Part shown: positions 1 to 8,802 of the stretch, piece after piece | Numbering within the stretch: position 1 is the stretch's first letter | Layout: each line of letters begins with the position of its first letter | Virus record (IMG/VR): IMGVR_UViG_3300035698_012959 | Location: 3,404 to 67,403 of that record | DNA: 64,000 nucleotides | DNA from: a virus | Direction: 5' to 3' (one strand) | Program-made: the position numbers and the translations under genes | Notes under the pieces: generated by a model | Seen by the model: the letters and a program-made list of their open reading frames with translations, nothing else | The model's database searches: none | Told to the model about the DNA's origin: nothing

Positions 1-424
1 CAGCTATCTCATTTATACTTAAACAAGTTTTATTAAATATAACATATGTTTCTGCTATTTTAAGTGTTGAAAAAAATATTCTTCGTGGATAAAGTTCTTT
101 TATATTTTCTGAAACAGTTAAACACATTATTGTATTTATTAAAAAAGGTTTATTTTCTACTGAAAAAACTTTATCTCCATCAAAAACGTCAACAGTATCT
201 TCTGTCGTTATAAAAAATATATTTTCTTGTTTCTCCCAAAAGTTACCTTTCAAAACAACTTTTATCTTTTTATTACAACACCCTACATAACCATCTTCAA
301 TAGAACTTTCCATTTGCTTCCGCTCCAATTCTTTAGCCACTGATATCACCTCGAATAAGTCATTATAAGCATCTTTATTAGATACTTTTAGTTGTTCTTC
401 TATATATTCTACTGCTGTTTTCAT
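1..424 (-). CDS. Hypothetical phage protein, partial (runs off window start); not in ORF track
   Basis: Manual translation from ATG at 424: MKTAVEYIEEQLKVSNKDAYNDLFEVISVAKELERKQMESS..., open to position 1; N-terminus resembles the MKxTAVE...AKEME type of small Bacteroidetes-phage protein. Confidence 0.7.
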   Translation of the reverse strand, partial: MKTAVEYIEEQLKVSNKDAYNDLFEVISVAKELERKQMESSIEDGYVGCCNKKIKVVLKGNFWEKQENIFFITTEDTVDVFDGDKVFSVENKPFLINTIMCLTVSENIKELYPRRIFFSTLKIAETYVIFNKTCLSINEIA

Positions 425-586
425 TTTATTACTAATTTTAGGTTTTTTAAAAATCCGCTACTGCGGTAATACTTTTACGTTGTAAAACATTTTAATACAT
501 TTTCTTGTTGCGTATTCTTATTCTATCAATCAATTCTGTATAATATAATTTATATGTCATAAATAATTTCTTTTTATACCCATACT

Positions 587-603
587 TAAATATAGTTAAG
601 AAA
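587..603 (-). promoter_or_regulatory. Putative early/host-RNAP promoter motif TTTC-N5-TATATTTA (leftward)
   Basis: Reverse complement reads TTTC TTAAC TATATTTA; divergent from the copy at 632-648. Confidence 0.5.
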
Positions 604-631
604 CTTTGAAAAAAATCTATTATTTTTAGAA

Positions 632-648
632 TTTCCTTGTTATATTTA
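632..648 (+). promoter_or_regulatory. Putative early/host-RNAP promoter motif TTTC-N5-TATATTTA
   Basis: TTTC CTTGT TATATTTA just upstream of ORF 672; same motif recurs before other non-structural genes. Confidence 0.5.
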
Positions 649-671
649 GATAAACAAAATTATATAATATA

Positions 672-920
672 ATGAAAATTAGTACACCAGAATTAACACT
701 TACTCCTGATATCCCTTATTCTATTAAGAAGGAATTTATGGAAAAATGGAATAGTAATCATCTGAGAGTTAAAGAAGTTGGAGAGGTTTTTAAAACTATC
801 AAGGATAAATTTGAAAATCAATTATCAAATAGAAATAAGACTATAATAAGATCGTACAATGAATCATTTGGTAATTTTTATACTATAGTAAGAAGAACAG
901 CCAGAAACAAATTTAAGTAA
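672..920 (+). CDS. Hypothetical protein
   Basis: 82 aa ORF after promoter-like motif, TAATG-coupled to next ORF. Confidence 0.6.
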   Translation: MKISTPELTLTPDIPYSIKKEFMEKWNSNHLRVKEVGEVFKTIKDKFENQLSNRNKTIIRSYNESFGNFYTIVRRTARNKFK

Positions 921-1150
921 TGGAAGATATAATATATAGTTTAAAGTTATATACTGAGAATGGTATAAAACCAGGTGGATTTTTAACCGCTGTTTTAGAA
1001 AACAATTTGATGGAATCATTTGGGAGAGCGGACCACATCAATAGAAACCGAATAGGTATTATATGTAATTACATATACAATGATTTACCATCATCATGTC
1101 ATGGATCCGCAGAGATTGTAAATGCGTGGAAAGGAAATAAACCAAATTAA
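920..1150 (+). CDS. Conserved phage hypothetical protein
   Basis: GIKPGGFLTAVLENNL..A/S..RAD motif typical of a small phage protein family. Confidence 0.7.
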   Translation: MEDIIYSLKLYTENGIKPGGFLTAVLENNLMESFGRADHINRNRIGIICNYIYNDLPSSCHGSAEIVNAWKGNKPN

Positions 1151-1161
1151 TAAAGAATAAT

Positions 1162-2028
1162 ATGACATGTTTATACCATAGTAAAGACCTAGATGGGTAT
1201 ACTTCAGGTGCTGTAGTTTTAAATAAATATCCCAAATGTAGAATGATTGGTTGGGATTATGGAGAAGTTATACCATTCAATGAATTACGAGAAGGGGAAG
1301 AAATAATTATGATTGATATATCATTCCCAATGGACGAAATGATTAAAATAAGTGAATTTAGTGGGGGTAAGTTAACTTGGATTGACCACCACAACCATGC
1401 CCTAATTGAATATAATGATTGTAAGGATATTAGAAAAAACGAAATTAAATACATATATGAAGATGGGATAGCAGCTTGTCTAATCGGGTGGAAGTATTTT
1501 AATCCTCAACTTGAAATTCCCACTGCGGTAGATTTGATAAGTAGGTATGATGTTTTTGATAAGACATCAATACCGTATTGGGATGATTATATTTTACCAT
1601 ATCAATTCTTTGCTAGAATAAATTATAATACCCCTCACGAATTTGATCAAACTTGGTTAAACGATGAATCAACATTTCATGATAATTTTAATAATTACAT
1701 AGAAATAGGTAAAAATATCATTAAATATCAAGAGATACAGGATAAGAAAGCATCAAAACATTCATTTGAAGCAATAATTGAGGGTAAAAAAGCATTATGT
1801 ATTAATCAATATTTATTTTCACCAGACACATTATCATCAATTTATAAAGATAATATAGAGAAATATGATGTTCTTGTTGGTATAATGTATACTGGGAATA
1901 AATGGATATATTCCCTAAGATCAACAGGAGTAGTTGATGTTTCCTTAATAGCAAAAACATATGGAGGGGGAGGTCATAAAATGGCAAGTGGGTTCGAAAG
2001 CTTAGAATTAATATTTACAAAAGAATAA
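1162..2028 (+). CDS. DHH/DHHA1 phosphoesterase (nanoRNase NrnB-like)
   Basis: YH..DLDG, IDIS, WIDHH, YSLRS and GGGGHKMASG motifs. Confidence 0.9.
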   Translation: MTCLYHSKDLDGYTSGAVVLNKYPKCRMIGWDYGEVIPFNELREGEEIIMIDISFPMDEMIKISEFSGGKLTWIDHHNHALIEYNDCKDIRKNEIKYIYEDGIAACLIGWKYFNPQLEIPTAVDLISRYDVFDKTSIPYWDDYILPYQFFARINYNTPHEFDQTWLNDESTFHDNFNNYIEIGKNIIKYQEIQDKKASKHSFEAIIEGKKALCINQYLFSPDTLSSIYKDNIEKYDVLVGIMYTGNKWIYSLRSTGVVDVSLIAKTYGGGGHKMASGFESLELIFTKE

Positions 2029-2029
2029 A

Positions 2030-3148
2030 ATGAAACAATATTTAAAATTATTACAAGACATTAAGGATTATGGTACAGAAAAACCAGCCGCTCGTGAAAA
2101 CATGCCTGGTACTACTTCGTTATTCGGTTACCAAAATAAATACGATTTAGCAGATGGTTTCCCTTTATTAACAACTAAGGAAATTAAATTTGAACATATA
2201 GTAACTGAATTATTATGGTTTTTAAGAGGAGATACGAATATTAAGTATCTAGTAGATAATAATTGCAACATATGGAATGAAGATGCATATAACTATTATG
2301 TAAAAGAGGTAGAAAAAAACAAGGAAGGTGAACCAATGCCACTTTCTCGATTTATTGAACTGATAAAGGGTAATACTGAAGAAGTAGATGTTTTAACAAA
2401 TTGGTTCCCAAGATATAAGTTAGGGGATTGCGGTCACCAATATGGAAAAACGTGGAGAAAATGGGAGAAAGGACCTTATAAAGTAATAGGTCATAGTGGA
2501 AGACAAAATGAGTGGGGTGTTGAAATTATAGATCAAATCCAAAATCTAATTCATAATTTAACGAATTCACCACAATCAAGAAGACACATATTAACTTCTA
2601 TAGATCCCACCCACGATGATGATCTAGCATTATATTGGTGCCATGCATTGACCCAATTTAATTGCAGGCCTATACAGTACGGATCAACTCACCCCCATCT
2701 TATTAAATACGATCTTAAACCTTCAGAAGTCCAACAGTTTGTGAAGGATAATGATTTCCCAACTCATTACTTAGACTGCCAGATGTATCAGCGTTCAGCT
2801 GATGTCTTTTTAGGTGTTCCTTATAATATAGCATCATATGCTTTATTAACAGAAATATTATGTAAAATATGTAATATGCTTCCAGGAGAATTTACTCATA
2901 CCTTCGGTGATGTCCATATTTATGATAATCATAAAGAACAAGTAGATAAATTATTAAAAAGAACACCTAGTAAGCTCCCACAACTTAAATTTGAATGGGG
3001 TTTTTCCCACCATATGGTACAGTGGGGTGTAGGTGATGTTTGGGGTACTAGCGAAATGTTGGAAACATTACAACCCGAATGGTTCACATTAGAAAATTAC
3101 AACCCCCAAGAAAAAATTAAAGCAAAACTTTCAACAGGATTAAAATGA
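2030..3148 (+). CDS. thyA: Thymidylate synthase
   Basis: FPLLTTK, ELLWFLRGDTN, SRRHIL, catalytic xCH (YWCH), YQRSADVFLGVPYNIASY, GDVHIY. Confidence 0.97.
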   Translation: MKQYLKLLQDIKDYGTEKPAARENMPGTTSLFGYQNKYDLADGFPLLTTKEIKFEHIVTELLWFLRGDTNIKYLVDNNCNIWNEDAYNYYVKEVEKNKEGEPMPLSRFIELIKGNTEEVDVLTNWFPRYKLGDCGHQYGKTWRKWEKGPYKVIGHSGRQNEWGVEIIDQIQNLIHNLTNSPQSRRHILTSIDPTHDDDLALYWCHALTQFNCRPIQYGSTHPHLIKYDLKPSEVQQFVKDNDFPTHYLDCQMYQRSADVFLGVPYNIASYALLTEILCKICNMLPGEFTHTFGDVHIYDNHKEQVDKLLKRTPSKLPQLKFEWGFSHHMVQWGVGDVWGTSEMLETLQPEWFTLENYNPQEKIKAKLSTGLK

Positions 3149-3318
3149 AAAATCAAACAAGAACAAGAGTAGTAATAACGGCAAGTAACCAAAAAGGAAT
3201 TATAGATGGTTACGTATCATTACATTCCCAAGTACATGCTATCGTAATATTAGATGAAAGTGAATTATTAGTTCATGTACCACTAAAAGAGTTGAGATTA
3301 ATTGTAAGGATAATATGA
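3145..3318 (+). CDS. Small hypothetical protein (57 aa), below ORF-track cutoff
   Basis: ATGA overlap with thyA stop; MKNQTRTRVVITASNQKGIIDGYV... fills the gap. Confidence 0.55.
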   Translation: MKNQTRTRVVITASNQKGIIDGYVSLHSQVHAIVILDESELLVHVPLKELRLIVRII

Positions 3319-3340
3319 TAAATATTTATTCAAAATTTAG

Positions 3341-3357
3341 TTTCCTACGTATATTTA
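3341..3357 (+). promoter_or_regulatory. Putative promoter motif TTTC-N5-TATATTTA
   Basis: TTTC CTACG TATATTTA upstream of ORF 3380. Confidence 0.5.
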
Positions 3358-3379
3358 TATGAGAACATAACGATACGAT

Positions 3380-3628
3380 ATGAAAGCATTCTTATTCGCT
3401 GATAAAAATAAATCAGCTTTTCTCCAAACATATAGAACATTAACAACTTCTTCTCCGTCATTATCTAATATAATAGATACACCGAAGAATAAACCAGAAT
3501 ACACACTATATGTCCCCAATGATGAAAGTGAGTTTGAATTATTAGGCGATCACGATTTCGGATTTAAAGTTACCACGATAAAAATAGATGATTTAATTAA
3601 ACAATTAACAAAACCAAATGCGTTATAA
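3380..3628 (+). CDS. Hypothetical protein
   Basis: 82 aa ORF in operon-like array. Confidence 0.6.
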   Translation: MKAFLFADKNKSAFLQTYRTLTTSSPSLSNIIDTPKNKPEYTLYVPNDESEFELLGDHDFGFKVTTIKIDDLIKQLTKPNAL

Positions 3629-3806
3629 ACAGCAAATAGAAAAAAGATTAGAATGGTTGGATAATATCAGAACCAAACTCGAATTCCAAATAAATAGGAG
3701 AGAACCTTTTGAGGAAATTGAAAAAACTTTAAACGAATTAAAAGCAACTACAGATAAAATTAGAGAGTTTGTGGGTCTCGAAGATAGTGAAACTTACGGA
3801 GCGTAA
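3618..3806 (+). CDS. Small coiled-coil hypothetical protein
   Basis: 62 aa, heptad pattern, overlaps upstream ORF. Confidence 0.6.
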   Translation: MRYKQQIEKRLEWLDNIRTKLEFQINRREPFEEIEKTLNELKATTDKIREFVGLEDSETYGA

Positions 3807-3823
3807 AAATTAAAAAATAAGTT

Positions 3824-4600
3824 ATGTTAACAGCAGTAGAAATACAAGACAATTGGGATGAAATTCTCCACATCATCACAACCAATATTACAGGAGATAG
3901 AAAAGATAAATTATTAGATTTTTATAAAAAATATGAAGATATACTACATATTATACCAGCTGCTAATAAGTTGCAGTACCATAACTGTTTTCCGGGGGGT
4001 TATATAGATCATGTTTTAAGAGTGACTAAAGCCGCTTTGAAGATAAATGAAGTATGGAATAGTTTTGGACAAAAACATAACTTTAGTGAAGAAGAATTAA
4101 TATTCTCAGCTATTAACCATGACCTAGGAAAAATGGGAGATGGTGAAAATGGAGCATGTTATGTAGAACAAACAGATCAATGGAGAAGAGATAAATTAGA
4201 TGAATTATATTCATTTAATACTAAAATATCATTTATGTCTGTCCCAGATAGAAGTTTAAGATTATTACAAAAGATGGGAGTAGAAGTAAGTGATAATGAA
4301 TGGTTAGCTATTAAACTACATGATGGTTTGTATGATGAAGCGAATAAAGCTTATTTGTTTAAATTCCAACCAGAACAAAAATTAAGAACTACTTTGCCAC
4401 TTATATTACATCAAGCAGATTTAATGGCCTCTAGGATAGAGTATGATAATCATTGGTGGGGTAAATTTAATGATCATAATGATACCAAATCAACCCCATT
4501 ATCAAAACCAGTAACACCTAAACCTCCCCAAAAGAAGGTGGTTAATGAAAATTTACCAAACGACTTAACATCAACATTTTCTAACTTTTTTAATAGTTAA
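3824..4600 (+). CDS. HD-domain phosphohydrolase
   Basis: YHNCFPGGYIDHVL, HDLGK, LHDG, LHQADL motifs. Confidence 0.9.
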   Translation: MLTAVEIQDNWDEILHIITTNITGDRKDKLLDFYKKYEDILHIIPAANKLQYHNCFPGGYIDHVLRVTKAALKINEVWNSFGQKHNFSEEELIFSAINHDLGKMGDGENGACYVEQTDQWRRDKLDELYSFNTKISFMSVPDRSLRLLQKMGVEVSDNEWLAIKLHDGLYDEANKAYLFKFQPEQKLRTTLPLILHQADLMASRIEYDNHWWGKFNDHNDTKSTPLSKPVTPKPPQKKVVNENLPNDLTSTFSNFFNS

Positions 4601-4602
4601 TC

Positions 4603-4869
4603 ATGAATATAACAATATCAATTCTAGCAGGTGCAGTAATCGTATTAGGATATATAGTATTAAATTTATTATTCAAAGTAATAAAACTCGAAAAAGCCGT
4701 AGATAAATATGACGGTCTGATGAATAATATAAGTGATCTAATACTTGAATCAGATTCTATATTTGGGGATAGCAATATCAGAAATGGATTTGAAAGTGAC
4801 GATGAAGTAGGTGGTTTCTTTCGTAACATGAAGGAAATGCAATCAAAATTGATGAAATTCACCCTATAA
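4603..4869 (+). CDS. Small membrane-anchored protein
   Basis: N-terminal hydrophobic helix, C-terminal FESDDEVGGFF. Confidence 0.65.
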   Translation: MNITISILAGAVIVLGYIVLNLLFKVIKLEKAVDKYDGLMNNISDLILESDSIFGDSNIRNGFESDDEVGGFFRNMKEMQSKLMKFTL

Positions 4870-4878
4870 ATAAAAAAT

Positions 4879-5799
4879 ATGAGTCAAAAAATTTTAGAAT
4901 CTACATTATCAACAATATTTGTTGAAAATAAAAATTGGAGTACATTTAAAGTTACAAAAAAAAAAAACATAATCCTTAGTAAGATATATCTACTTCCGTT
5001 GGATATCAGAGATACAGTAGTAAGTAACCTAAGTAAAATTAAGTCAAATAAAAAACTTGATCTTTACTTAGGTAACTCTATCTTATTCCTAGAAGAGAAG
5101 GTAGTTAAACCCAAGAGGAAAAAAAACATGTATTTTACCCAAGATACAGAAGATGCCATCATAGAGTACAATGGGTGTGATGATCAAATTAAAAAAAATA
5201 TTCTATATAATAACAGAATTGAACACGCTTTTTTTAAACTTACCCAAAATATAATTCATACTTTTAAATTTTATTACCTAGATGTAGATTCTATCGAAGA
5301 GTTACAACATCAGGTAATTACTTTTTTAATAGAGAAATTACCTTTATACCAATCAGGTAAAGGAAAAGCATACTCTTATTTTGGAACTATTGCCAAGAGA
5401 TATTTAATAGTATATAATAATAAAAATTATAGCAATCTACAAAATAAAGAACAACTAACAGAAGTTGATAAGGATAAAAATGTATTAAATGATCTTAATA
5501 ACCACTACACCCACGATTCTAACCTATCAGATTTTTTAGATTTATTTATTAGTTATGTAGAAAAGAATGTAGTGAAAATATTTAGAAAACCCAAAGACAT
5601 AAAAATAGCAAATGCTATATTAGAAGTATTTAGAAAAAGAGAAATGATTGAGATATTTAATAAGAAAGCTATATACATATATTTAAAAGAAATGGTTGAT
5701 GCTAAAACTTTTCAAATTACTCGAGTAATAACTAAATACAAAGTAGTTTATAAGAAATTATTTAACGAATACCATGATACGGGAGATGTGATCTTTTAA
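4879..5799 (+). CDS. Putative phage sigma factor (T4 gp55-like late transcription factor)
   Basis: YFTQDTEDAIIEYN and KAYSYFGTIAKRYLI resemble sigma region 2 of phage late sigma factors; lies just before the structural block. Confidence 0.6.
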   Translation: MSQKILESTLSTIFVENKNWSTFKVTKKKNIILSKIYLLPLDIRDTVVSNLSKIKSNKKLDLYLGNSILFLEEKVVKPKRKKNMYFTQDTEDAIIEYNGCDDQIKKNILYNNRIEHAFFKLTQNIIHTFKFYYLDVDSIEELQHQVITFLIEKLPLYQSGKGKAYSYFGTIAKRYLIVYNNKNYSNLQNKEQLTEVDKDKNVLNDLNNHYTHDSNLSDFLDLFISYVEKNVVKIFRKPKDIKIANAILEVFRKREMIEIFNKKAIYIYLKEMVDAKTFQITRVITKYKVVYKKLFNEYHDTGDVIF

Positions 5800-5807
5800 T
5801 TATATAC

Positions 5808-5816
5808 ATATTTATA
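5808..5816 (+). promoter_or_regulatory. Putative late promoter ATATTTATA
   Basis: Recurrent intergenic motif before structural/virion operons. Confidence 0.55.
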
Positions 5817-5830
5817 AGTAAAAAATCAAT

Positions 5831-6202
5831 ATGGATTTTACCCAAACAATATTTAAAAAAAAGACTTACGCTGATATATTAGAGAAAATATATAAAAATA
5901 CGGAGAAAAAAGAAAAAAGTATTGATGCTTTGATTAGTTCTTTGAAGGATAAAGTTATAGATGCTAATAGTGCCCTACAAATGGTACCATTAATTAAAGA
6001 ATATTTAAACGCCGGTTTAAAGAATGATGAAAACTTGATTAAGATGGTAGCTATTGTTCAAAGATCAGTAGATAGTGAAGATGGTGCTGAAGGTTTAGAA
6101 ATGTCTCAGGTAGAGAAAGATGAATTAGTTGCATTATCTAAATCATATCAACCAGAAGAAATAACAGCGGAAATAAAAAAATCTAAAACTAGTACTAAAT
6201 GA
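5831..6202 (+). CDS. Conserved hypothetical helical protein
   Basis: 123 aa, VPLIKEYL...KNDENLIKM. Confidence 0.7.
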   Translation: MDFTQTIFKKKTYADILEKIYKNTEKKEKSIDALISSLKDKVIDANSALQMVPLIKEYLNAGLKNDENLIKMVAIVQRSVDSEDGAEGLEMSQVEKDELVALSKSYQPEEITAEIKKSKTSTK

Positions 6203-7230
6203 AAAATGCTGCCATTAAAAGTAATAATAATAAAAGTTCCCCACCCATTAATAAAGTTGGTAAGGTATTTAAATCTATACTTTCGGTTGATGATGTTGAT
6301 GAAGAAACGTGGAAAAAGTATGGTGGTGAATTTACATTAGGTGGAGTATTATTTAGTAATTATCCAGACACTAGGCATATGTCTGATGTTGATGTTAATG
6401 AATGCGATATTGCTTTACCTTTATATCCTAATAACATATACGTTCCATTAAAAGGTGAATTGATTTATATAGTAAGTCTCCCAAATAAATCATATAATAA
6501 AAACAAACATGCTAAATCTAATTACTATATTACATCTATCAATTTATGGAATAATTACCACCATAATTCTATAAATTCTAATAAAGGAGTAGATTTTGTA
6601 GAACAAACTGATGTAAAAAATCAGTCTTTAAAGGTGGGTGATTATTTAATAAATGGTAGATGGGGGCATTCTATTTTATTTTCTTCATCCCCTGAAAGTG
6701 ACCCAATAATAAACATAACTAACAACTTATCGTATAAAAATATTAACCTAGATGGTTCTAATATAGTATTATCTAAAGGGGAGAATTTGGATTTAAACAT
6801 TCAAAATAGTGATTTGCAACAGTATGTGTATGAATATAAGTCTAATCAAACCCTCATTAAATCTCAGCGAGTAATCATATATTCTAGTGACGATGATATA
6901 ATATTATCCTCAAATAAGGACATCTTATTAAATGGAGTACAAAATAATATAGTTGGAAAGAATATAAATTTGATTAGTAAAAATATTCACATAGGTCCCC
7001 AGGAACATAAAGAATTTGCTTTATTGGGAGATACCACAATAAATTTAATAGAAGATTTAATAAAGTCTATTTCTTCATTTTCCACCTCCCTCAAAAATTC
7101 AGGTATAACCTCAGCAGGAGGAGTGAATTTTAGTAATGTGATGGCGGCATCATCAGTATTATCTAGTAAAATGAATAGTATATCAAAGCAAACATTAAAA
7201 TGTAAATCTAAATATATAACTTTATCATAA
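6199..7230 (+). CDS. Putative baseplate hub/spike protein (gp5-like)
   Basis: N-terminal OB-like PLKGELIYI, GRWGHSILF, beta-rich C-terminus, position upstream of gp25-like gene. Confidence 0.55.
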   Translation: MKNAAIKSNNNKSSPPINKVGKVFKSILSVDDVDEETWKKYGGEFTLGGVLFSNYPDTRHMSDVDVNECDIALPLYPNNIYVPLKGELIYIVSLPNKSYNKNKHAKSNYYITSINLWNNYHHNSINSNKGVDFVEQTDVKNQSLKVGDYLINGRWGHSILFSSSPESDPIINITNNLSYKNINLDGSNIVLSKGENLDLNIQNSDLQQYVYEYKSNQTLIKSQRVIIYSSDDDIILSSNKDILLNGVQNNIVGKNINLISKNIHIGPQEHKEFALLGDTTINLIEDLIKSISSFSTSLKNSGITSAGGVNFSNVMAASSVLSSKMNSISKQTLKCKSKYITLS

Positions 7231-8084
7231 TGATACCTAATACTAAATATAATATTGACCCAGAAAGGATATCTGAATATAAAAGTAGTATATCTAAATC
7301 TAAAAAGAATAGTTTAAAAACTAATGAAGGAATAAAAGGTAGAGTTTTAACAAAAACAAACTCGATAGACCCTGCAATTTTACTATCTAATACCTTGTTT
7401 AACTTTTCTGCTAATTATGGAACAAGTATTGCTTCCACAAATAAGGAAATTAACGATTCTATAGATTCTTTAAATGTTTATATAACAAATATAACAAGTA
7501 CTGAACAAGTAATAAAAGCTATTACTTCTAAAAATAATATAATAAATAAAATTGATAACAATGTTAGAAAATTTGAAACTCTGAGTAAGATATTTGATAC
7601 TATAAGTGTATTGTTACTCACGCTCCAAGTGGTGTTAAAAGTTATAAATAATATACCATTACCTATGCCTATATCAGTCACTTCAAAATTAAATCTTGTA
7701 ACTAAAATCATAGAAGGAGTAACAATATTTGTGTTGTCTTTTAATTTCATAAAAGAAATGATGGTTCAGTTAGAATTAGATAAACAAAGAATAAAAAATA
7801 TTGAACTAATATTAGAAGATAATTTAAATAATTTAGATACGGATGATTTAAAGTCATTTAATAATGATGTAATACAGGATCTAGATTATAATGTAATTTA
7901 TAAGGGATTTAAACTAAAAATAGAAATAGTTGATGATAAAGAAGCTATTTTACAAAGACAATCAGTTGCTGTAGATTCTAATAATAATATAGTATTAAGA
8001 TCAATCCCGTCATTTACAAGTAAACCACAACAATTAGTAGAAGAACTAAAATTAATAATAGATAAAGAGAATTTGAAACCATAA
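7230..8084 (+). CDS. Hypothetical helical protein with hydrophobic segments (baseplate region)
   Basis: 284 aa; C-terminal YKGFKLKIE...SF. Confidence 0.6.
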   Translation: MIPNTKYNIDPERISEYKSSISKSKKNSLKTNEGIKGRVLTKTNSIDPAILLSNTLFNFSANYGTSIASTNKEINDSIDSLNVYITNITSTEQVIKAITSKNNIINKIDNNVRKFETLSKIFDTISVLLLTLQVVLKVINNIPLPMPISVTSKLNLVTKIIEGVTIFVLSFNFIKEMMVQLELDKQRIKNIELILEDNLNNLDTDDLKSFNNDVIQDLDYNVIYKGFKLKIEIVDDKEAILQRQSVAVDSNNNIVLRSIPSFTSKPQQLVEELKLIIDKENLKP

Positions 8085-8092
8085 TATTTATA
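8084..8092 (+). promoter_or_regulatory. Putative late promoter ATATTTATA
   Basis: Immediately precedes ATG at 8096. Confidence 0.45.
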
Positions 8093-8095
8093 AGT

Positions 8096-8398
8096 ATGAA
8101 ATTAAGTGCATTAAGAAAAGAAATCGGGTTAGTAGTTAGAGAAGTCATTAGAGAAGAACTAGGATTCCTAAAAAAAGAAATGTTAAGTGAAGGTATGAAT
8201 TTTACCACAGATGATATTGATAGTTTTGCTAGCCGAGCAAGCAATTCAGGATCACGTCCACTTCTTCCATCCCCAAATACTTCAGTAGCTACCAAACCAC
8301 CCCAACTATTAGCGGGAGATGCTGGTGACCAATATGCTGATTTTTTTAAACAAACATTGGATTCTATGAAACCAGGTGAATTAAGTAATTATAGCTAA
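8096..8398 (+). CDS. Hypothetical protein with amphipathic leader (..VREVIREEL..MLSE)
   Basis: 100 aa; leader similar to other putative head-associated ORFs. Confidence 0.7.
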   Translation: MKLSALRKEIGLVVREVIREELGFLKKEMLSEGMNFTTDDIDSFASRASNSGSRPLLPSPNTSVATKPPQLLAGDAGDQYADFFKQTLDSMKPGELSNYS

Positions 8399-8400
8399 TA

Positions 8401-8802
8401 ATGAAACTATTAGGAAAAATAAATCACATTGATAATACAGATAAAGCAATTGGGATATCATTACCATTTAATGGTAAAGGTGTTTTTAATAAAACATACG
8501 ATACTAAAACTCAAATTAAAAGTAACTTAATAAACTTATTACTTACATATAAAGGAGAAAGAATAGAAAATCCTGAGTTTGGTGCTGATTTACCCCGATT
8601 ATTATTTGAACCTATAGACGATATATTATATGATAGAATTAAAAATAATATAACTAATAATGTAAGAATATATATTCCTCAAGTACTAATTGGAGAAATA
8701 AATATTGATCCTGATGAAGATAATAATACTATTATAGTTAACATAAAGTATAAAATAGTATTATCAAATACTTTAGATGAAATAAATATAGAAATAAAAT
8801 AA
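8401..8802 (+). CDS. Baseplate wedge subunit, gp25-like
   Basis: IKSNLINLLLTYKGERIENPEFGADLPRLLFE is the GPW/gp25 signature. Confidence 0.92.
   Translation: MKLLGKINHIDNTDKAIGISLPFNGKGVFNKTYDTKTQIKSNLINLLLTYKGERIENPEFGADLPRLLFEPIDDILYDRIKNNITNNVRIYIPQVLIGEINIDPDEDNNTIIVNIKYKIVLSNTLDEINIEIK

Noticed and set aside
425-671. tRNA or ncRNA in intergenic gaps
   Set aside because: No cloverleaf or T-loop consensus seen here or in other gaps; region explained by divergent promoter motifs
2030-3148. Intron/intein in thyA or base-modifying thymidylate synthase homologue
   Set aside because: Single ORF with only short insertions; retains the dUMP-type Asn in VPYNIASY
4946-4957. A12 run in sigma-like gene as phase-variation site
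   Set aside because: Frame is intact and Lys runs are common here; no support without reads
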